Below the pieces are notes generated by a model that ran no database searches, was not told the origin of the DNA, and was given only the letters and a program-made list of their open reading frames with translations. This document shows, piece after piece, positions 35,718 to 48,216 of a stretch of 48,216 nt of DNA (within the stretch, counting starts at the first letter, position 1; every line of letters begins with the position of its first letter). Location: positions 189,372-237,587 of the forward strand of contig JAWQFM010000033.1 of assembly GCA_033442325.1 (NCBI GenBank), written 5' to 3'. This DNA comes from Salpingoeca rosetta. Its lineage: Eukaryota; Protista; Choanoflagellata. A program made the position numbers and the translations under genes.

Positions 35718-37790
35718 TCAGGCCCAGAAGAACTTGATAATCTTGGTGCACAGCGAAGCGTTTTGCACGTCATCAAAGTCAATGTCTTTGAAGTTGCGGC
35801 GACCAGCAGTGACACGCGCCGTCACATCAAGGCCAAGCGACCGCTTCAGCATCTGCACAAAGATGGTATCCAAGCTGGAGGGCCGAGCAAACAAACGAAT
35901 GCATGGACAAGTTTATGGTGTCAGTCAGAAACACACTCGCAATGGGGCAAGGGTAGAGCATGCTTGCGGATTTTCTGCATGTCAATAGAACAAGTTGTGC
36001 AGAACCTACCCTGGTGTCACGTCCTGCTCTAGAAAACGAGTATCGGTCGGGGCACACTTGATCATTGCTGTCGATGCGTTTGGAACAAGAACCCTGGCAG
36101 TGTTGCTCGGGCAGGTTGAGAGTTGTGCCAACAAAACCCATGCAGACAGTCGTGCACTCTCAACACAGCGGACGGGAGTTCTGCATGGAGCAACACAGAC
36201 ATATGCCACTCACTTGAGTTCTTCGATGGTGTGTCGGGTCCAATACAGTGTTGCTCCCGAGGTGTCCAGCGTCTCCGGTACGTTCATATCAGCGATTCGC
36301 CGACCTAAGACAGCGGCATCAGTGTTCAGGAAGGAGACACAGACAGCAATATTCGAAGTTGGTCTTTGCACACGTACACACACACACACACACGCACGTA
36401 CACAAGTTCGAGCAGTTCGAACCAGATTGCTGTTAGCGCACCCTTTGCAAAGAAGCTGAGCCGCGTCGGGATTTTGCCAGGACTTGATGTTGGCGTATCG
36501 AGACAGATGAGAGAGAAGTCGGCCTCCTCTGGAGTGTCAACCAGTTCAATCACATCGTAGCTATGGACCAAGTGAAGATAAGATGTATGTAAGTTAACAC
36601 CCATATCAGCGAGGCTGAGATAGCGCCACCGGAAAATGCGCAACAAGTCTCATGCAAGACGTCAAACCAATGTCAACAAGCAAACACGCCGTGTATCGCT
36701 TTGAAAGTACGTGAATTTCAACTTACTAGGCAAGCGTACGCAGCGCGCGTTCCCTGGACTTTGTGAGGTGCGACTGTCTGTACACGCCCAGCTTGTTCGC
36801 GATTCCAAGCCGAACCAACATTGCAAGCAGCAGCGGTGCATCTGGCAGCGACGCGAAATCGATGGAGCGGCGAACGCTGGGAAAGTAATGGAAGAGCACT
36901 GGAACGGGAAGCAGAAACCAGTTTGTGATGCAGCTGTACCACAGCTGCTTCCGAGAGAAGCCGCCTCGAACCGCAAAAGTCAACAGGACGTGTATCATCA
37001 CACCAGCCACTGAATAAAGCAGGCGAAACACTGCTGAGTGAGGATATACTTTGATAGTCAAATTATATCGACAAGGCATTTGAGTGCGTTCGACCAACCT
37101 GAAACTACGATGGTCCCAACGATCACGAGCCATTCGACGGCCACTGCTGACGGCAAGTATAGAAGGAACAAACCATCATCTTCTTGGAAATAATCGCCAT
37201 CATAATCATCGTCTCCATCGTCTCCATCGTCGAGAGAATAAATCCGAAAAAACGTATGCTGAGAGGTCAACTCGGACAAAAGAAGTGCAGCGATGACCAT
37301 TCCGGCAATCCCTGTTTGAGCACATTGTCAATTACGTTCGATAAGTTTCGGTTGTTCTGCAAGAGAAAAGGGGGTTCATGACCTCATGAGTGTGTCGTAC
37401 TCACATGCTGCTAGCCCAAAGAGCGGTTGTAAGATGTGGAGTCTCGCCTAAGAAGCTCAGGAGTTGACATGAGTGAGGGCTCCAACAAAAAGCAGACAGT
37501 GACAGCAAAGTTGCTGATCGTCGCCATGCGAAAACGAAACACACAAGGGGGATGTTCATACCGTCCGAAGCACGGAGGAGACGGTGCCATGCCACCCTTC
37601 GTTGATTGCAGGCGTGACTTGTTGCTCACGATAGATATCGTTGAACGCGCCACAGGCGATGAAACCCTCCAGCAATATTCTTGTGAGCAATGCACGACAT
37701 AAAACGTTGTGCACGGTGGCTAGACTTAGAACGAAACTTTGAAAAACACGGTCCAACAAACACACATTCTCTCTCACACACTCACATACA

Positions 37791-37824
<34 letters not shown>

Positions 37825-39639
37825 CTCTCTCCCTCTCTCTCTCTCTCTCTTCGTCCCTTTGGTTGCCGAACCGTGCATAGCGATGTTTGAGCTCCTTGCT
37901 GCTGATGCTGCTCTGATCATACCAGAGGTAGTGGCCACATTCCCCTAACTTCAGCACAAGCTGACTTCGAAGCTGCAAACCATCAAGACAACAGTGCAGC
38001 AATACCATCGGACTGCAGATGAGCGTGTGTCATATCGCAGGCCATACTACGTCGACATACAACAAGTGTTTGCTCCTTACCTTGGCATCAGCGGACATGA
38101 AGTTGCGAGTGACAATGATCACGAGTGTCGCACTGGAAGTGGTCGTTCGCCGCAGCAATTGAGACAGATACGAAGCGTCAACTGTTTGATCCAGCACGCC
38201 AGTGTTGGGAGGTTTGGCGTCACGATCCCACAAGTCATCCACCCAGTCTGGTCGCATTGCTGCCAGCACGTGGCCACACTTTGGCTCGAGGTTCAGCAGT
38301 TCCACACAGCAATTGTGTGAGGAAATGTACTCGTCGGAGAGAAACACAACACCGGCCTTTGCGGAAGCCATGGCCAGTGCACACGTGTCCTCAATGCGGT
38401 GGCCCGGGAGGATGTTTCGAATGTCAATCCAGCAGACATCGCCAAAGAAGCAGTGAAAGGATTTTCGGGCGATCCGTTTGGTCCAATTACTCCATGAGTA
38501 GCTGATGGCGAAGGTTCCGGGCTGCATACCCGCTGTTAAGGCTTTCAGCATACGAGTTGGTGTCTTGGCAGTGAAGTGCTGTCGCGACCTACAAGAGGGC
38601 AAGAAGAGCAATTGCATTAGTTCGGTGGCAGAAAATACAAGATGCACACACACACGCCGACACACACACAAAACGCAGAACACCAAAGGTTCGAACATAA
38701 AGAACTTGCCAAATGAGGTGGAAGGTGACGGCAGAGCACAGAGACATGACGATTGTGGACTTGATCGCCGCGGGCTTCGAGACATCTTGGACAAACACAA
38801 GTGTGTCGTCAAAACAGTTGTCGTCCTTCAGTTTACCACCCTTTGTGCCCTGCGAATTCAGTGTGTTTTCACCAAACACAATGCACTCAAAGATGAGTCA
38901 AGGGGGCCAGCCGTGCAGCAAAATTCCAAACCACGAACAAGCTCAATAGATCAGTCCACCATCTACAATAGCAAACGCACCACGACCACCCAGGCGAGGA
39001 GCACAAAGGTCCAAGCAAGTCCGTACACGATGACTGCCAACCGAACACGCAGAAAGTAACAAAACAAACAAGAAGGTGCGTGTCGTGTGGCAAACGTGTT
39101 TTATATCAGTTGCTTCATATGGCTGTGTGTGCTTGTGTTCCCCATTCCTCGGCTCACGCAAACCAATGACCCAGAAGCAAACGCGCTCTTGTCCCATATC
39201 ATCGCGTGGCATGTTCAGGCAAATACCTGCACCTACATGTCAGCTTGGGGCTGAGCATAAATCTGCGGACAGTGGCGACCCAGAATGGCAACCAAGAGTG
39301 TCCGGACGAATCTTCCAGGCGATCCAACAGATTTGTGAGACGGCGCCTTCTCTGCTGCTCTTGTTCGTCGAGCTTGTTGTTGCGTTCGCGAGAGGGCGAA
39401 GAATGGGGGTCCATGTCGATCACCTCTGCCCAATCGTCCTCAGTTGCGTCATCATTGGATGCAGTGCGTGCATGTGTCCGTCGTGAAAAAGAAGAGCCTC
39501 GCTGTTGTCCCTGTCCTCCTTCTCTTTCTCTCTCTTCTCTGGTCACGCCCAGCTCCAATTCTTCGCCAGCAAGGGAAGACTCAGCTTGATCATCATCACC
39601 ACCGTCCCACCCAAGCAGCGGCTGGGCGAGGTCACTCAT
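35718..39639 (-). CDS. multipass membrane TIR-domain protein, ~13 exons, ~803 aa
   Basis: Exons: 39639-39237, 39033-38981, 38849-38710 (GC donor), 38588-38081, 37972-37872, 37679-37562, 37447-37405, 37311-37099, 37033-36740, 36648-36442, 36304-36214, 36093-36010, 35874-35718. TIR motifs FAISYSW, CWIDIRNILPG, VVFLSDEYISSHNCCVEL. TM helices on both sides of the TIR. Some junctions are non-canonical, so exact boundaries are less certain. Confidence 0.65.
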
Positions 39640-40360
39640 GCTCTCTTTCTGTGGTGCAGTCAGTGCGCGCGGGCTTGCTGGCTTGCTGGCTTGATGGGTG
39701 TCCGACTGTTGAGCTTGCTTGTCGTCTTGTCTGGTGTCTTGTTTGCTTTTGGAGCAAGAGCAATTTGCACAAAAAGTGCTTGTGATGATTTGCCTGCATG
39801 CAAAGAGGGCAAAGGACCAACCCACCACCGACCCTGTTTACAGGCCAGAATCCCATATCTAGACTAGAACCCGCACGAACAGGTTTTACCAGCCTGTCGT
39901 GGCCTTTTCCACTGAATTCAGTGCTTTGGGCAAAAGTGCGTGTGTGTGTGTGTGGTGTTTGGCTCGCTCGTGACGTTCCCGCTGCGTCTAGCCGTTTTGC
40001 CTTTCTGTCTCGCTCGTGTGTGTTTTGTCGCTTTCTCCCCTCCCAAACATAAGCGTCACATCATCCCATCGCCAGCTTGCTTGTCGGTGTTGTTGTTGTT
40101 TTTGTTTTCCCCCCACCTGCTGCATCATCTTCGCCAACAGACGCTAGTCGTTGGTGAGTGTGTGCGCATGCGCGAGCGTGGAAGTAACCCCTCACAGCAA
40201 CCAGCAACCAATCAACCAAACAACCAATCAACCGAGCAAGCGAGCTTCTCCTCTCCCCGCAAACAACACGAGTGTTTGTGGCAAGAAGGGAGCAAGCGTG
40301 TGTTTGACGAGTTGTCTTCAACGTCACATGCACGCATCACTGTGCCATCAGTGATCGCAA

Positions 40361-46262
<5,902 letters not shown>

Positions 46263-47288
46263 TAATGTGTCCAAAATCACGCCGTACCTCACGTCACGCC
46301 GCATGGAATGCACGTCTTACCAACCGTCCCCCCCCCCCCCCCCAAAAAAAAAAAAAAAAAACCACTGCCGCATTCCGTCGCTTTTCCCTTCACTGCACAT
46401 GCTCATCGTTGTCCCCCCTCTCCGCCTTGCTCATTGCTCATCGTTTGTCGCGCTGGCCGTGAAACCTGATCATTGTCGCTCCACCCCCTCCCCTCCAATG
46501 TTGCTGTCATGTCACACTTCGCCATCCCCCTCCCACCCACTTTTCTTTTTGCCTTGCAACTGTCTCATATTATTCGCAACTGGTCACCCTTTGATTCCAC
46601 TCAACCCGACTGTCCATTCACTCACGCCGTTGCTGCTGCTATTGGTGACCGCAATGGTGGCTGCGTGCGCTGTCCAACCATGCATGATTTTCTCTCCTCA
46701 CCCCGCTTCCTGTCTGCCGTACTGGCTCTTGCGTCACTTGGTGCTCGTTTGCCCCATAATAAACTTGCGTTCTGTGAACCCTTCTTCATGTGCGTGTGTG
46801 CGTTTACTACTACTCATCAAGAGCACGAACCACAACGGCCCACTGTTGCTTGCGAGCAAACAACCAAAACACAGCAGTCACCTGCAAGCAAACGGTCGAG
46901 CATGGGCGGGGCGCTGAGAAACAAAACGCACGCAACGCAACAAATCAGCACAGACACAAATCACAACTGAACTCGTCTGCATCAGCGTCTTTGGTCGCGG
47001 CGATGAACGAAACGACACAGCCACAGGCAAGTCTGCACAGCAGCAACAAGAACAAGTATCTTGGCCTGTTACTTGCGTGCTGCTGGCGTGTGCGTTCCAC
47101 GACCAAGGAAAGGGCGCAACTGAATACAACTGCAGCATCCAGTCAAAAAGAAAAAAAAATCCACGAGACAACACAAAGGGAGGGATGGGAAGAATGGTGG
47201 TGGGGAAAGAGAGTAAAAAATGACGGCCCTCAGCTCAAAAGCACAGAGGGTGCAAGCAAACGCGGCCGATCACAGCACAATGTGGCAA

Positions 47289-48038
47289 TCACTCGCTGTC
47301 GTCGTTCTCCTCGTCCATGCACTGATGGCTGCACGTGGTGAGACAACATGTCGGACAAACGCCTTCGTCGTACTCGTCCAGAACGGCAACGCCCCTGTCC
47401 GTCTTGCCGCGGGCTGTACTCTTGCGGCGCCGTTCCTCAGAGCGGCGGCGATGGGCTCCATTGCGGTTGTTGCCCCTGTTGTTTCGGTTTCGGTTTCGGT
47501 TTCGGTTTCGGTTCTCCGCCTGGATGATGCGTTGCAGATCAGCGCTGCGCACGCCCCTGAGCTCCTCGGGTCGGTCGCCTTTGCCTGCCATGCTTGGTAG
47601 TCGTTGGTTTGGCTTGCTGCTGTTGCTCTTCTCGCCCTGCTCGCTTGCCGTGCAATGCGCTCTCGGTGCTCCTGTGCTTCTGTGCTTGGTGTTGGCGTGC
47701 CCTTGCTCACTTGGCCGTCGTCGTCGTCGTCGTCGTGACTTGGTGGCTTTGACTTGGTGGCTTCCTGCCTTGGTCTTGCTCCTTGTTGGAAGGTGGAGAA
47801 AATGGCGATCCACATGCAACTGCTTCGCTTATAGTGCGAGCGAGCGTGTGCATTTGTGCGTGCGTGTGCGTTGTGTGTGTGCGTGTGCGTGTGCGTGTGT
47901 CTGTAAGAATTGGCGCTGAAGTAACATCGCAGGCGATATGTGACACGCAACGAAGGCATATAGATGAGAAACAAGCTGCAACATGTCTCACCTCAGTAAG
48001 TGGGGGACCGAAGATGGTGGAAGCAGATGGAAGAAACG
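47289..48038 (-). CDS. 3' end of a gene extending beyond the window (exons 48038-47992, 47781-47289); basic low-complexity tail with a Cys cluster
   Basis: AG|GTGAGA donor gives a phase-2 in-frame join (LLR-SKTKAG). Contains RN repeats and ends CPTCCLTTCSHQCMDEENDDSE*. Confidence 0.4.
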
Positions 48039-48117
48039 CTTGGGGTAATATGGCAGTGGTTGTGGTGGGGTGATGGTTGGTGTGTGTGTGTGTGTTTGTG
48101 TGTGTGTTCGTCCTTGT

Positions 48118-48195
<78 letters not shown>

Positions 48196-48216
48196 GTCGT
48201 CGTGGTGGTGGTGTGT

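Noticed and set aside
36364-36401. 38-nt micro-intron in the TM-TIR gene
   Set aside because: An alternative intron at 36441-36305 has better splice signals and also preserves the frame.

Overview
Intron-rich eukaryotic genomic DNA with GT/CA microsatellites in most introns and two N gaps. Composition and gene style point to a choanoflagellate, probably Salpingoeca rosetta (inference, not verified). I assembled spliced models by hand from GT-AG sites and phase continuity. Left to right: three related TGTTG-starting LTR copies (copia-like) with disrupted ORF fragments between them; an intronless secreted 7-bladed beta-propeller with a cubilin-N-terminus-like motif; an intronless type II membrane protein with a PPC-like domain and a long receptor-L/LRR solenoid; a 2-exon unknown gene; a 12-exon TIR-ANK-Roc-COR-TIR-SAM-CaaX ROCO gene; a small KKxx membrane protein; a 19-exon ankyrin/coiled-coil gene; a receptor guanylyl cyclase with a PBP-type ectodomain and an apparently intact kinase; a multipass membrane TIR protein; a ~1440 aa polyQ protein; and the 3' end of a further gene. 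The top candidate for novelty is the C-terminus of the polyQ protein, which only emerges after splicing and forms a nuclear-receptor-like double C4 zinc finger. Nuclear receptors are regarded as animal-specific.
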